Notes: generated by a model from the letters alone, not told the origin. Positions 9,884 to 20,364 are shown, counted from the first letter of the stretch. The stretch is DNA of 64,000 nt from a virus (IMGVR_UViG_3300028591_000179:10773-74772), one strand, 5' to 3'. A program made the numbers and translations.

Positions 9884-11828
9884 AATTTAATTCCTCCTTT
9901 AAATCTTCAAGAGTACATATTCTAACATTGGCTTTTCTTGCTTTTTCTATTTTGCTAGAAGTACCCATAATATCTTTTACTACTAAACAATTTACATTTT
10001 TATTCCATTTATCTGAAGCATTTCCTCCATTTTTATTAATATAATTTTCTAATGCTTTGTCACGAATACCAGAAAAACATATATTATATTTAGCACAAAC
10101 TGTTGATTCTATTTGATTTTTTGGATTTATAAATTCTATACCATAACTATGTAATTGCATATGAATTTTAGTCATATACCATAAATGTTCATATTCTAAA
10201 TATTGACTAATTCTAGACTCTCCAAATCCTTCAATATTTTCTAGTTTTTCTTTAGTCATTCCTTCTAAAGTATTATATTTATTCCAAACCAAATTTAATA
10301 CTCTTTCACCAATATCTGGGCCAAAACTACCACAAGCGGCGGCGAATTGTGTCTCTATAAAGGTACTTTTTTTGGCTTTTAAACTAGCTTCTATCTTTTT
10401 TCCATTCTCACCTATTAATTTTGTAATTTCACCTTCTGGAAGCTCATAAATACGGTATGGATGATCGTATAAATTTAAAAATTGACTAAAAGCATCATAT
10501 ATCTTTACACAGTTTCCATATCCTAATTGTTCAATATCAAGTTTTTCACCAAAATACTCTAAACGTCTTATACCCATTTCTCTAGCATATTCCGGAGTAT
10601 CATTTGACCAAATATATACTAGATCTACACCTTCTATTTTAGTTTGACATTTTGGTAAATTATAATTTTTAGATGGTATTAATACTTCTTCTAATTTTGG
10701 AATTACTAAACCGGCTCTTTTAAATTTAATTTTAGCACCGATACCACATTTTGTTTTAATTACATTTTCATAATTATGTGCTGTAATATTAGTAATTTTA
10801 GCACCAGCAACTTCTACTGGTTCAATTTCTAATACTGGAGTAAAAATACCCCAACGACTTATTTGCCAATTTATATTAGTAACAATAGATTCAGCTATAT
10901 TATCATGAATACCTAATTTAAATTTTCTACTACATTTTGGATTTATAGTTCCTCCAACAAATCCATCTTCAATATTATCTAATTGTGTAAGAATAATACC
11001 ATCTAACTCATAATCAGAAAATTTAAGTCTTGTTTTAACTAAATCAATCATATTTTCATCAGTTAATGTTTCGGCTGACATAACTTGATAAAAAGGTACT
11101 TTAAACCCTTCATTTTTTAAGAATTCAAATGCCTTTAATGTACCTTGATCTTTAGAAGTCCAATAAGCTACAAATTCTGTTTGTTCAAAAATATAAGGTT
11201 TAGTTTCTTTACTATTTAATGCTCCTGCTATAGTATTTCTACCATTTTTTTGTTTTTTGCCACTAACTTGCTCTAATAAATTTAATATTGTTGGTATTGC
11301 AATTTTTGGAAATAATAATTCACCTCTAATTATTATTTTATCTTTATAATTTATCTTTTTAGGAAATCCTACATTTTGAACATGTCTCATAATATCTTTA
11401 CCTTTGGTTCCATGTCCGCGTGTAGCAGCAATAGTTAACTCACCATTTTCATAAGTAAGAATTAATGAACATCCATCTAACTTATCTGAAATTAAAAATT
11501 GTTCATGACCCTTAATCCATTTTTCTAAATCACCTTCTTTTAATTCTTCCATACTACCCATTGGTATTTCATGAATAATATCTTGACCATAACCAGTATT
11601 ATCAGAGGTTAACTTAGTAAAAAATTCATCATTTGGCCATATTATTTTAGCTTTATTATAAATATTATCATAAAACCAATCGTCCACAACATTTGAATCA
11701 AAATTTTCTGGATAAAAATTTAAAGTGTTGGCTAAAATTTGCCAATCATTATCAGTTAAAATGTAAAGATCACCTTCTGAATACGCTTTATTACATTTTT
11801 TTAATAACTGTTTAAGTTTTTCATTCAT
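9870..11828 (-). CDS. ligA: NAD-dependent DNA ligase
   Basis: KLDG adenylation motif, ATRG.G..G.DI, IRGE, RN..AG, ELDGII, OB-fold WQISRWGIFTPV, C-terminal BRCT. Confidence 0.93.
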   Translation of the reverse strand: MNEKLKQLLKKCNKAYSEGDLYILTDNDWQILANTLNFYPENFDSNVVDDWFYDNIYNKAKIIWPNDEFFTKLTSDNTGYGQDIIHEIPMGSMEELKEGDLEKWIKGHEQFLISDKLDGCSLILTYENGELTIAATRGHGTKGKDIMRHVQNVGFPKKINYKDKIIIRGELLFPKIAIPTILNLLEQVSGKKQKNGRNTIAGALNSKETKPYIFEQTEFVAYWTSKDQGTLKAFEFLKNEGFKVPFYQVMSAETLTDENMIDLVKTRLKFSDYELDGIILTQLDNIEDGFVGGTINPKCSRKFKLGIHDNIAESIVTNINWQISRWGIFTPVLEIEPVEVAGAKITNITAHNYENVIKTKCGIGAKIKFKRAGLVIPKLEEVLIPSKNYNLPKCQTKIEGVDLVYIWSNDTPEYAREMGIRRLEYFGEKLDIEQLGYGNCVKIYDAFSQFLNLYDHPYRIYELPEGEITKLIGENGKKIEASLKAKKSTFIETQFAAACGSFGPDIGERVLNLVWNKYNTLEGMTKEKLENIEGFGESRISQYLEYEHLWYMTKIHMQLHSYGIEFINPKNQIESTVCAKYNICFSGIRDKALENYINKNGGNASDKWNKNVNCLVVKDIMGTSSKIEKARKANVRICTLEDLKEELNYGSR

Positions 11829-12136
11829 TAATAGCTCCTTTCTAAAAGATGTATAGTTTTACCAAATCTTTTGAGATGATCATCTCTCAAAGTAGTAATA
11901 TCCATTTGTTTAGATAATGCAACAATTGCATCAACCATATTTAAATAATAAACTATTTGATCCGAATCCGTTACAATATAACTTTGTTTAATAATAAAAA
12001 ACATTTTTGTTGAAAATTCATAATATAAACCAGAAGGTTTAGAATCTTTACGATTACTATCCTTTGTTAAAAACAATCCATCTAAAACCTTACCGTTTTC
12101 CATTCTATGAATTTTACGAATATACCATTTATCCAT
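11828..12136 (-). CDS. Hypothetical protein
   Basis: 102-aa ORF, first in the ligase operon. Confidence 0.55.
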   Translation of the reverse strand: MDKWYIRKIHRMENGKVLDGLFLTKDSNRKDSKPSGLYYEFSTKMFFIIKQSYIVTDSDQIVYYLNMVDAIVALSKQMDITTLRDDHLKRFGKTIHLLERSY

Positions 12137-12166
12137 GTTTAATCCTTTTTGCTTTACTTTATTTTA

Positions 12167-12195
12167 AATATAAGCTATCCTATAAAAAATGTAAA
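12167..12195 (-). promoter_or_regulatory. Early sigma70-type promoter (divergent pair with dCMP deaminase promoter)
   Basis: TTTACA-N17-TATATT on -; overlapping TTTACT-N17-TATCCT on + at about 12153-12181. Confidence 0.6.
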
Positions 12196-12215
12196 ACAAA
12201 TTAAAGGAAATATAA

Positions 12216-12650
12216 ATGAGATGGATTAATCATTTTATAGAAATGGCTCAATTAGTATCTACTATGTCAAAAGACCCAAATCATAAAATAGGAGCAGTTA
12301 TAGTTGACCAAAATAATCGAGTTATAAGTACTGGATTTAATGGATTTGCACACGGCATAAAAGATTCTAATGAACGTTTAGAAAACAAAGATATAAAAAG
12401 ACTATTAATGCTACATGCCGAAGAAAATGCTATATTACATGCTAAACAAGATTTAAAAGGATGCTATATTTATATTTATGGATATCCACCTTGTGTACAT
12501 TGTATGTCATTAATTATTCAATCCGGTTTAAGTTGTATATATTATAAAAATTCTAGAAAAGATAATACAATTTCTGATTATTGGAAAGAAAACCTAGAAT
12601 TATCTAAAAAATTAGCAGATGAAGTACATATACCAATTGTTGAATTATAA
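12216..12650 (+). CDS. dCMP deaminase (ComEB/T4 cd family)
   Basis: SKDP..KIGAVIV, GFNG, HAEENA and PCVHC zinc motifs. Confidence 0.92.
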   Translation: MRWINHFIEMAQLVSTMSKDPNHKIGAVIVDQNNRVISTGFNGFAHGIKDSNERLENKDIKRLLMLHAEENAILHAKQDLKGCYIYIYGYPPCVHCMSLIIQSGLSCIYYKNSRKDNTISDYWKENLELSKKLADEVHIPIVEL

Positions 12651-12657
12651 TATTAAA

Positions 12658-12685
12658 AAATCCCTCAATTAATTTTGAGGGATTT
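12658..12685. terminator. Bidirectional intrinsic terminator
   Basis: aaatccctcaa/ttgagggattt stem between convergent genes. Confidence 0.8.
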
Positions 12686-12689
12686 AATT

Positions 12690-12932
12690 TTATTTACCAT
12701 CTATTACACTCGTTACTGTTTTTGCTTCCATTGTTCTATTCCAAACTTTTATACATTGTTTTGTATTTAATGCTAAGAATTCATATAAATCATAATGTTT
12801 ACAATGTGGACATCTAGCATAATACATTTCATCTATTTCATCAATTCGCGGATAACTAATTATTCCATGTCTTTTACAATGTTTACAAGGAGCAGCTCCT
12901 CTTTTATCATATTGTATATCTTTTTTTCCCAT
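12690..12932 (-). CDS. Zinc-finger protein, Lar (restriction alleviation)-like
   Basis: PCKHC...RCPHC...CIKVWNR matches the Lar pattern ending in I..WNR. Confidence 0.45.
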   Translation of the reverse strand: MGKKDIQYDKRGAAPCKHCKRHGIISYPRIDEIDEMYYARCPHCKHYDLYEFLALNTKQCIKVWNRTMEAKTVTSVIDGK

Positions 12933-12940
12933 AAGTCCTC

Positions 12941-13219
12941 TTAAATCTTTCCCAATTTTTCTAGCTCCAATGTAATAACATTAGCTATTTCTTTTCTTTG
13001 TTGATTAACATCTAATCTTTCAATACTACTAGCCATAGCTCTAACCAATCTTAATGTTTTAATAACATTATCTATTTGACGTCTTAAAAATATAATTTCA
13101 TCACGCTGTTTATCATAAACTCTATGTAATTTATTATACATTTTTTTATGATATTCATTTTCTAATTGAGCCAGAGTAGTTTCAAATTTATCTGTGGTTT
13201 CTATATTTTCCATAAGCAA
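12941..13219 (-). CDS. Coiled-coil hypothetical protein
   Basis: AAGGAG RBS; heptad-rich. Confidence 0.55.
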   Translation of the reverse strand: MLMENIETTDKFETTLAQLENEYHKKMYNKLHRVYDKQRDEIIFLRRQIDNVIKTLRLVRAMASSIERLDVNQQRKEIANVITLELEKLGKI

Positions 13220-13276
13220 TCTCCTTTAAATTTATAAATATCTTATAACTTCAAACAAGTAAAGCCTTTAATGAAA

Positions 13277-13304
13277 ATAAAGACCTAACTTAATAGGCCT
13301 TTAT
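13277..13304 (-). terminator. Intrinsic terminator
   Basis: Stem ataaaggcct/aggtctttat (G.U on - strand) after 13335 stop. Confidence 0.55.
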
Positions 13305-13334
13305 CTTATGGAAATTAATTAATAATTTTAGACT

Positions 13335-13946
13335 TTAATCTTTGATTTTATTAATAGCATTTAATATAGCCATAGCTGCCGAATATTGACTTTTATTAAT
13401 CAAATCAATTGTTACATTTTTTAAAATTGATTCATCAGACTGAGTTTTAGAAACAATTGTTTGAATAGGAGCAATCGTCTTTTCTGAAGATTTTTCTTCT
13501 GCATCCTTATAATTAAACAAAGTTAAAGTTTCTCTTTTTGTTTCTGGTTTAGTGAGCGTATATTCATTACCATCTCTACCAATATATTTACCATGTGTTT
13601 TAAAATTGAAACCAAGTGTCCATGGAGTAATTCTTAAATATTCTGCGGCTTCTTTAATTGAATTAAATTTTCTACCGGTTTCAGAACAAAAAACTACTTG
13701 AGATCTACCTTTTCTATTTGAGTAAATAGACTTAACACTAGTCTTAATCGGTTTAGTCTTAATAGACATTCTAGTTGGATAAGATCTATTATCTACTCTT
13801 TCAATATGATATCCATTAACTTCATCTTTACCAAATCTAAGAGTATCTGTAATCTTCCAAGGATTAACACCTAAAAAATCTGCTGCATCTTTGATAGAAT
13901 CAAATACTTCATTATCTACTCTAATTTTTACACAACGCTTGTTCAT
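13335..13946 (-). CDS. NUMOD1-like DNA-binding repeat protein (paralog of 45510-46127)
   Basis: Two F.SIK.AA..L units and CSETGRKFNS; C-terminal helix shared with paralog. Confidence 0.6.
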   Translation of the reverse strand: MNKRCVKIRVDNEVFDSIKDAADFLGVNPWKITDTLRFGKDEVNGYHIERVDNRSYPTRMSIKTKPIKTSVKSIYSNRKGRSQVVFCSETGRKFNSIKEAAEYLRITPWTLGFNFKTHGKYIGRDGNEYTLTKPETKRETLTLFNYKDAEEKSSEKTIAPIQTIVSKTQSDESILKNVTIDLINKSQYSAAMAILNAINKIKD

Positions 13947-14014
13947 AAAATTTCTCCTTTAAAAATTATTTATACTTTATTATATAAACAGTTTAATTAT
14001 AAAAGTAAAACCAT

Positions 14015-14362
14015 TTATATATATTTTTTTAATATTTCTTTTGTTATAGATTTATTTGTATATTCTGCTACTAATTTTGAATAATCTTTCTTATCTATTT
14101 CATCTTTTATAAAGGCATATCCAGAATTAACTAAAACAACTTTATTAAAATTATTTTTCTTTAAATATTCTAATAAATCTAATACTGTTTCATCTTCCAT
14201 TTCATAATCACTAATTATTAAATCCGCATTAGTAATCATATTTTGAGCAATTGCTTCAGATGGTTTAAAAAACGTTACTGCACAATGCCCAAGTTTTTTT
14301 ACCATTATATATAAACATTTAGCATAATTTTCATCATCCTCCAAAATTAATACATTAGCCAT
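14015..14362 (-). CDS. Stand-alone response-regulator receiver (CheY-like) domain
   Basis: VLILEDD acidic pocket, DLIISDYEM phosphoacceptor Asp, conserved Ser (NSG) and Lys (NKS). Confidence 0.8.
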   Translation of the reverse strand: MANVLILEDDENYAKCLYIMVKKLGHCAVTFFKPSEAIAQNMITNADLIISDYEMEDETVLDLLEYLKKNNFNKVVLVNSGYAFIKDEIDKKDYSKLVAEYTNKSITKEILKKYI

Positions 14363-14411
14363 AAATCTATTCCTTTATTATCTTAACTTATAATTTATAT
14401 ATACTATAAGT

Positions 14412-14900
14412 CTATAAAGATGTAAAGCCATTAGATTTTTTAGATTCAATAAAATCAAAGCCTATGATGTTTTTATTATAATATTGACTGTCTTGAATAA
14501 ATATATTATTTTCATTATCTTTTGTAAATTTTCTATATGGTAAAGCTGGACAAATATAATATTTACGTGTTTTATTATTATAAGTATCTTTTATATATTC
14601 AACTACTGCATAATTTAAAGGTTTGTTACCATATTTTATTTTTAAATATCCAATGAATTCTAATTTAAACTTTATCCATAAATATCTTTTACAAATTGAT
14701 TCTGTATTAGCTAAATATTTTTGTTTATTATGAACTAAATTGTTACCCATTGCTGGAGAGGAATAGTACGGTAAATTATGTAATCTATACATTTCATTAG
14801 CTTGATATAAATAAAAATCTTCCGAGAAATAAATTAATTTTCTAATTATTTTATCTCTACCGTTTCCTTGTATATATAAACCAATAAAATCATTTTCCAT
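14412..14900 (-). CDS. Hypothetical protein
   Basis: 162-aa ORF. Confidence 0.5.
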   Translation of the reverse strand: MENDFIGLYIQGNGRDKIIRKLIYFSEDFYLYQANEMYRLHNLPYYSSPAMGNNLVHNKQKYLANTESICKRYLWIKFKLEFIGYLKIKYGNKPLNYAVVEYIKDTYNNKTRKYYICPALPYRKFTKDNENNIFIQDSQYYNKNIIGFDFIESKKSNGFTSL

Positions 14901-14903
14901 AAA

Positions 14904-15146
14904 TTAATCCAATTGTAAAATTTCACTTAGCATTTTATGCATTTCTTTTAAAGTATTATTTAAATCCATTATAATTTTAAAATATTCATGCTTATCTTTT
15001 TCACTAATATCTTTTTTATTATAAAGATGAACATAACTATCTCTTATTTCCCATGAGGTCATCATATTATCAAAAACAGATTTAATTAATTTTTTCATAT
15101 CTGCCTTTGATACCTCATTATTATTTAATGGTTTATTCTTAATCAT
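14904..15146 (-). CDS. Hypothetical protein
   Basis: AAGGAG RBS. Confidence 0.5.
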   Translation of the reverse strand: MIKNKPLNNNEVSKADMKKLIKSVFDNMMTSWEIRDSYVHLYNKKDISEKDKHEYFKIIMDLNNTLKEMHKMLSEILQLD

Positions 15147-15298
15147 GTTAAATGACTCCTTTTATTATCTTTAATTTATTTATAAACTATATGTTTCTTA
15201 AAGTAAAACAATTTTTATTAACTTTTTATTAATAAAGACTAAAACTTTAGGAGATATATTTTATTATATATTAATAAGTAAAACCGTTTTTTCAATAT

Positions 15299-15304
15299 AG
15301 TTCT
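15299..15304 (+). promoter_or_regulatory. Putative late promoter core AGTTCT (representative copy)
   Basis: Also at 16223, 18848, 21090, 23130, 26877, 31122, 55265, 62139 (+), TGTTCTA at 28540 (+), and 22995, 31968, 56989, 58657 (-), always upstream of virion-type genes. Confidence 0.7.
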
Positions 15305-15340
15305 ATCTTATATATTATAATAAAATAAAGGAAAATTTAA

Positions 15341-15586
15341 ATGGCTATCTATCATAAATTCTTATATAACTGTATGCTAAATAACTATGATTTAGGTGAT
15401 ATTACAGATGAAGAGGCATTTGCGCAAGGATATAAGAAATTAAATCCAGAAATGCCAAATGATGGTAAAATATATACAGCCAAATCGGTAAAAGAAAATG
15501 GTAACTTTTTGAATGTCGAATGGGAAGAAATAACTATGCCTGAAGACAATCAAGAAACATTATCAGAAGATTTACCAAACGAATAA
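15341..15586 (+). CDS. Small acidic tail-associated protein
   Basis: AGTTCT upstream; QGYKKL...ENGN..VEWE type of short fibre-associated proteins. Confidence 0.45.
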   Translation: MAIYHKFLYNCMLNNYDLGDITDEEAFAQGYKKLNPEMPNDGKIYTAKSVKENGNFLNVEWEEITMPEDNQETLSEDLPNE

Positions 15587-15587
15587 A

Positions 15588-16139
15588 CTAATAGTTATGA
15601 CAAGTACAAAGATCATGAGTCTTAAGATCATGATACATACCTTGTTTTATCTTACCACAATGAGTACAAATTGCTTGATATAATCTATTTCTACTGTTAT
15701 AAGCATTTTTACCAGTATCTATTAATAAAAAATCACCAACTATTTCATTATTATGTTTGGCTATTAATTTACCATTAGTATGATGATTACAAGTACATCT
15801 AGGTACGCTATTTAATTTGGTACAAGAAATCCATTTTATATTATTACAATTTTCGCAATGCAATTTATATCTTAATTTTTCTTTTTTATAAGTATAGCCA
15901 ATTACTTTATATCCTCTAAAAACTTTGTTTTCTACTAACTTAAATTTTTCATTAGCTGTTTTTGCTTTCTTACACTTTGAACATTCACAAGAATGTTTAA
16001 TAGTCCAAATAGGGCCAGAACGTGTATATCCACAATTTAAACAAGTTGCTTTATACACAGCAATATTATTTCTACGTTTTAATAATTCATTTATTTTAAA
16101 ATCGCCTATTATCTTATTAATATAATTAACTTTTAACAT
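15588..16139 (-). CDS. Cys-rich zinc-ribbon repeat protein (homing-endonuclease-like repeats, no nuclease domain seen)
   Basis: Three units of the form G..KI/V...Y...C..C...C.C. Confidence 0.5.
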   Translation of the reverse strand: MLKVNYINKIIGDFKINELLKRRNNIAVYKATCLNCGYTRSGPIWTIKHSCECSKCKKAKTANEKFKLVENKVFRGYKVIGYTYKKEKLRYKLHCENCNNIKWISCTKLNSVPRCTCNHHTNGKLIAKHNNEIVGDFLLIDTGKNAYNSRNRLYQAICTHCGKIKQGMYHDLKTHDLCTCHNY

Positions 16140-16258
16140 TTTACTTTCCTATATTATACTTTTTATTATATTATGATATTACAATTTATATATAAGTAAA
16201 ACAAAATATTATGAAATTATCAAGTTCTAAATGATATTGATATTATAAGGAAAATAAA

Positions 16259-16525
16259 ATGTCTAGATTCAGTAAAATTGTTAAAGCAAAATTAAAAGAA
16301 GAACTAACCATAAATCCATTAGTACAGGAATTAAATACAATGCATGAAAAAATTGATCAGATGCAAGAAACAATAATTGAAAAATATTCCAGTGCTAATT
16401 TTGATAGAGAAAATCATAGAGCTGAGTATTATAATGAAGTAACTTCTGCATTATCAGATGCCAGATTAGCTATTTCTAGAGCAAGCGATTATTTAAATGC
16501 TTTAACTGAGGATGAAGTATTTTAA
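16259..16525 (+). CDS. Putative internal head protein with capsid-targeting-like leader
   Basis: MSRFSKIVKAKLKEE leader; AGTTCT at 16223. Confidence 0.5.
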   Translation: MSRFSKIVKAKLKEELTINPLVQELNTMHEKIDQMQETIIEKYSSANFDRENHRAEYYNEVTSALSDARLAISRASDYLNALTEDEVF

Positions 16526-16527
16526 AA

Positions 16528-16549
16528 AGGGACCAATTAACTGGTCCCT
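16528..16549. terminator. Bidirectional terminator
   Basis: agggacca/tggtccct stem between convergent genes. Confidence 0.75.
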
Positions 16550-16553
16550 CTAT

Positions 16554-17690
16554 TTAAACTGTTAAATTTTTTATCTTTATATTTTCTAACAAATCTGCAT
16601 ATTTAAATCTATATGTGTCATCTATTTTTATTAGTGTAGAATAAACTTGAGTTGCATTTTTTAATTTTTCATATATTACATTTGCACTTGTTATACCTTT
16701 ATCTCTATCTTTATATAATCTATTATATCTTAAGGCTATTTCTTTTTTATTAAGTGTAACAGTTGATATCTCTAAATTTTGTTCTTCTGCAAAAGATTTA
16801 AACACACCATATAAATCAATCATAAAATTAGAAACTTTATCTTTAGCTAAACTTAATTCTGTATTATATTGTATTTTTACTTTTTTATACAAAATATTTT
16901 TAATAGCCTGTAGATTTTTGCTTACATAAGAATAAAGTAATTTTTTACCAGTTGATAACATATTATATCTTTCCATTTCATTTAATCTTTCAAAAAGCAC
17001 TAATACAAACCATCTAGCTATATTAGTATTTATATTAAATTTTAATCTTTTAGATACTTCAGTTAACTTTGAAGTATTTTCAAGGTCTAGTTTAGTTAAT
17101 TTTTCTTTTTCTTTGTCATACTCTGTTTTAGTTAAAATATTTTTATTTAATTGCTCATCTAAAACTTTATATTTTATTGTATAAAGAGTACGCAAAAATT
17201 TAATATTTAAAGCATTTTTATAATCTTCTGTTAAGCTACTATTCATACACTCATCTATACTATTAAACTTAGTATAATTTTTAGATGTTGGTTTAATATT
17301 ATTTATTTTTAAATACTTATCTAAGCGTTCTTTTGCAATATTATAAAACTCATTAAATTGTTCTTGGTTTAAAACGTTAGAACAATAATAAAAAATTAAA
17401 TTTTTTATATCTCTTGAATACCTAAAATATAAATGATATATACACAATAAGTAATCAATTTTTTTAGTTTTTTCAATAGTAAATTCAATTAGTTGTTCAT
17501 TTTTTGGTTCTTCTGAATTTAAAACTGGTAATACCTCAAAACAAGTCTTTCTTACTTTTGTAAGCCTATTTACTTCATTTTGATTATAACTTTTTATAGT
17601 TTTAATATATGCATATAAATCAGAATATGAATAATTTTCTGGTTTAAACGCTTTAGTAATACAATTTATTTTCATTTTAAATCCTTTCAT
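16554..17690 (-). CDS. Hypothetical basic helical protein, possibly DNA-binding
   Basis: 378 aa, Lys-rich; no diagnostic motif. Confidence 0.55.
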   Translation of the reverse strand: MKGFKMKINCITKAFKPENYSYSDLYAYIKTIKSYNQNEVNRLTKVRKTCFEVLPVLNSEEPKNEQLIEFTIEKTKKIDYLLCIYHLYFRYSRDIKNLIFYYCSNVLNQEQFNEFYNIAKERLDKYLKINNIKPTSKNYTKFNSIDECMNSSLTEDYKNALNIKFLRTLYTIKYKVLDEQLNKNILTKTEYDKEKEKLTKLDLENTSKLTEVSKRLKFNINTNIARWFVLVLFERLNEMERYNMLSTGKKLLYSYVSKNLQAIKNILYKKVKIQYNTELSLAKDKVSNFMIDLYGVFKSFAEEQNLEISTVTLNKKEIALRYNRLYKDRDKGITSANVIYEKLKNATQVYSTLIKIDDTYRFKYADLLENIKIKNLTV

Positions 17691-17746
17691 TATAGATTAT
17701 GTATTACATATAACATATACTATTTATTATGTAAAGCCAAAAAAAA

Positions 17747-18343
17747 TTAATAACCTTTAAGCTTAGCTAATCCATATAATTCATTTATATCATTTATTTT
17801 AAACCAATACTTATTTCTATCCTTTTTTACAAAATCTAATTTATATGCTGTTTTTACAAAATTAATTACACTATTTATTACAAAAGAATCCATATTATAC
17901 ATAAGTAAACATATATAATTTTCTTTTATTTTATCATAATTTTTAGTATAATATAAATCATCAATATGCAAACGTCCAAACATTAACGGCGAAAATTTAT
18001 ATCTCTTAAATAAACTATCTTCAACAAAATCTTCTATAATATCTCGTAAACCCTCTTTAGTTATTTTACCTTTATTTATAAAATAATCATATAAATCACT
18101 TGGAATTAACCAATGAGCAGAATATTCTTTGAAATCTAAATATTCTAATTTTTTTACTAAAGGATTTTTTGTATTTTCTAATATACTTTTAGCATATCTA
18201 CTATCATTTCCTTTTTTATTCCAAATATATAATAAAAATTCTTTATCTCCTATCTCCTCTATATCTAATTGATATTTATTAGATATTTTAAATTCTTCTC
18301 TTACTCCATTTAAATACTTAATAAAATCTAAACGACTTATCAT
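17747..18343 (-). CDS. Hypothetical protein, C-terminal-motif family
   Basis: Ends YWFKINDINELYGLAKLKGY. Confidence 0.55.
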   Translation of the reverse strand: MISRLDFIKYLNGVREEFKISNKYQLDIEEIGDKEFLLYIWNKKGNDSRYAKSILENTKNPLVKKLEYLDFKEYSAHWLIPSDLYDYFINKGKITKEGLRDIIEDFVEDSLFKRYKFSPLMFGRLHIDDLYYTKNYDKIKENYICLLMYNMDSFVINSVINFVKTAYKLDFVKKDRNKYWFKINDINELYGLAKLKGY

Positions 18344-18361
18344 ATGAATTCTTTCAATAAA

Positions 18362-18742
18362 TTATTTTAAAGAATATGTTTTGTTTTCTAGATATTCTTT
18401 ATTAATATCAATTGCTTTCATTAAATACTCTATAATTTTATCAAGATATGTCGAATTAAATCTTTTACTTTTTAAAAACCTTCTTAACTCATTAAAATTA
18501 TTATTTAATTTATCAATACCAAATGTAGATTCTCCAATATACATAACTATACTATCATTTGCACAATAAGTTATATTTGAATGACGAATTTTTTTATTAG
18601 TTGGTTTATCACCAATATTAATATCCCATCTACCTGGATATACTTCTACTAATTCAATACCTTCTCTTTTATATACATTTTCATCATTAGTAATCACTAT
18701 AGATTCTAATACTTTTGGTATAATTATTTTTTTATTAGACAT
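18362..18742 (-). CDS. Hypothetical protein
   Basis: AAAGGA RBS. Confidence 0.55.
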   Translation of the reverse strand: MSNKKIIIPKVLESIVITNDENVYKREGIELVEVYPGRWDINIGDKPTNKKIRHSNITYCANDSIVMYIGESTFGIDKLNNNFNELRRFLKSKRFNSTYLDKIIEYLMKAIDINKEYLENKTYSLK

Positions 18743-18936
18743 TTTTAATTCCTTTCAAATTTATTTATATATTTAATATATACTATCTCAAGTAAAAAGT
18801 AAAACAATTATTTAGGGCTTTCAGTTTATTAAACAAAATTTCTTAAAAGTTCTAGTATGTATATTAATCTTTTATAAAAAAGAATATAAGAAAATAGTTA
18901 ATAATTTATTGAATAATTTATTTAAAAGATAAAAAA

Positions 18937-19596
18937 ATGACTTTACATATTGGTAATAATCTAGTAAAAATAAATCATAATAATACATATGCATCTTTAG
19001 TTAAAATACCATTTGTTCCTAGTATTCCAACTATGTTAGGTTCTCGTCTTGATAACAAAGCAACAGTTGTAGGTGTATTACAAGATCATGAAGGTAATGA
19101 TTATGTATTAGCTGTAGTAGATGCTGCTTATAGAAGTGGCTCACCAATACTTAGATCCCCAAAAGGTGCTTCAAGTTTACCTTGGCATAGACTTGAAAAA
19201 GACGCTTTAGCGGATCGTCATACAGGAAAATATTATACTGATGTTATAATAGCTGAAACATCCATAAATCAAAATGATGCAATCTATTTTGCCACAAATG
19301 CATGTAGTATCTTTTTAAAAAATATGGAATATAAATCTGTATTACCATCGTTATATGAATTAACATGTATATACGATAATAGAATTGAATTAGATAAACA
19401 TGATCCGACATTAAATGATTATCCAGAAAGATCCTTAACAAATTTTACATTTGGTAGTACGGGGTCTAGATCATCTACGGCAAGACAAAGTACTGGTCAA
19501 TATATGTGGATTAAGAATTCTGATGGAACAAATAATATACTTGAGTATAGACAAAGTAGTGGTGTGTGTCCTGTGTTTTGTATTCCATTATCATAA
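18937..19596 (+). CDS. Putative receptor-binding/tail protein with C-type-lectin-like (DUF1566-like) C-terminal domain
   Basis: Paralog of 62725-63576 (RLDNKATVVG...AVVDAAYR...LPSLYEL...GVCPVFCIP); late motif upstream. Confidence 0.55.
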   Translation: MTLHIGNNLVKINHNNTYASLVKIPFVPSIPTMLGSRLDNKATVVGVLQDHEGNDYVLAVVDAAYRSGSPILRSPKGASSLPWHRLEKDALADRHTGKYYTDVIIAETSINQNDAIYFATNACSIFLKNMEYKSVLPSLYELTCIYDNRIELDKHDPTLNDYPERSLTNFTFGSTGSRSSTARQSTGQYMWIKNSDGTNNILEYRQSSGVCPVFCIPLS

Positions 19597-19644
19597 AATT
19601 TAATTAGATAATTTTTATATATTTATTAAAACCTTGAAAGCCTT

Positions 19645-20364
19645 TTAATATTTATTTATACGTAACATTGCATTAGTTAAATTAATATCTTTTATTTTAT
19701 AAATACTTAAGTTTGAAAGTAAATTTGTATCTGTATATACTGTGTTATAAAAATCAATATTTAAATATTTTAATTTATTCTTTAATTCTCTTTTAAAACC
19801 TTTTAATTCATCTGAATTAAATGCAATATGAGTTGAATTTAAAGCGCCAAATATTCTTATTACACCCTTCATTCTTCCTTTAAAATAGTATATTAAATAA
19901 CTAACGATTTTAAAACTTAATTCAAATTGTTCAAATGCTTCATCTATATCTTGATCGGTAGATTTTTTAAGTATTTTATTTATATAACTTGGTTTTAAAC
20001 ATAAAAATCTATTATCATCTATTGTTTCTATTTTAAATCCTGATATATCACATTTATATTCTTTTAACCAAAATAAAATTTCTTTTGGTTTAGTAATCAT
20101 TTTTAAATTTACTTTATTATTTTCATTTATAGATTTATTACATAATGCACAAACTAGTCTATTATTAGATTCATTATTTTTATCATAGAATAATTGTAAG
20201 CAAGTAAGGTCATCAAAACCAAAATATTTATTTATTATATATATTAAAATAATTAGAGCCTTAAAACTCCAAGTTATCTTATTTTCATTTTTATTTTTAT
20301 TTGATTTTAAACAAGTGTGTAAATTACACCATGTATATTCATAACTATTATTCCAGTCTGACAT
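19645..20364 (-). CDS. Hypothetical protein, paralog of 26052-26747
   Basis: Shared ITKPKEILFWLKEYKCDISGF / ITNPQTILFWLTEYEIDTSGF and NAMLRI end. Confidence 0.65.
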   Translation of the reverse strand: MSDWNNSYEYTWCNLHTCLKSNKNKNENKITWSFKALIILIYIINKYFGFDDLTCLQLFYDKNNESNNRLVCALCNKSINENNKVNLKMITKPKEILFWLKEYKCDISGFKIETIDDNRFLCLKPSYINKILKKSTDQDIDEAFEQFELSFKIVSYLIYYFKGRMKGVIRIFGALNSTHIAFNSDELKGFKRELKNKLKYLNIDFYNTVYTDTNLLSNLSIYKIKDINLTNAMLRINKY

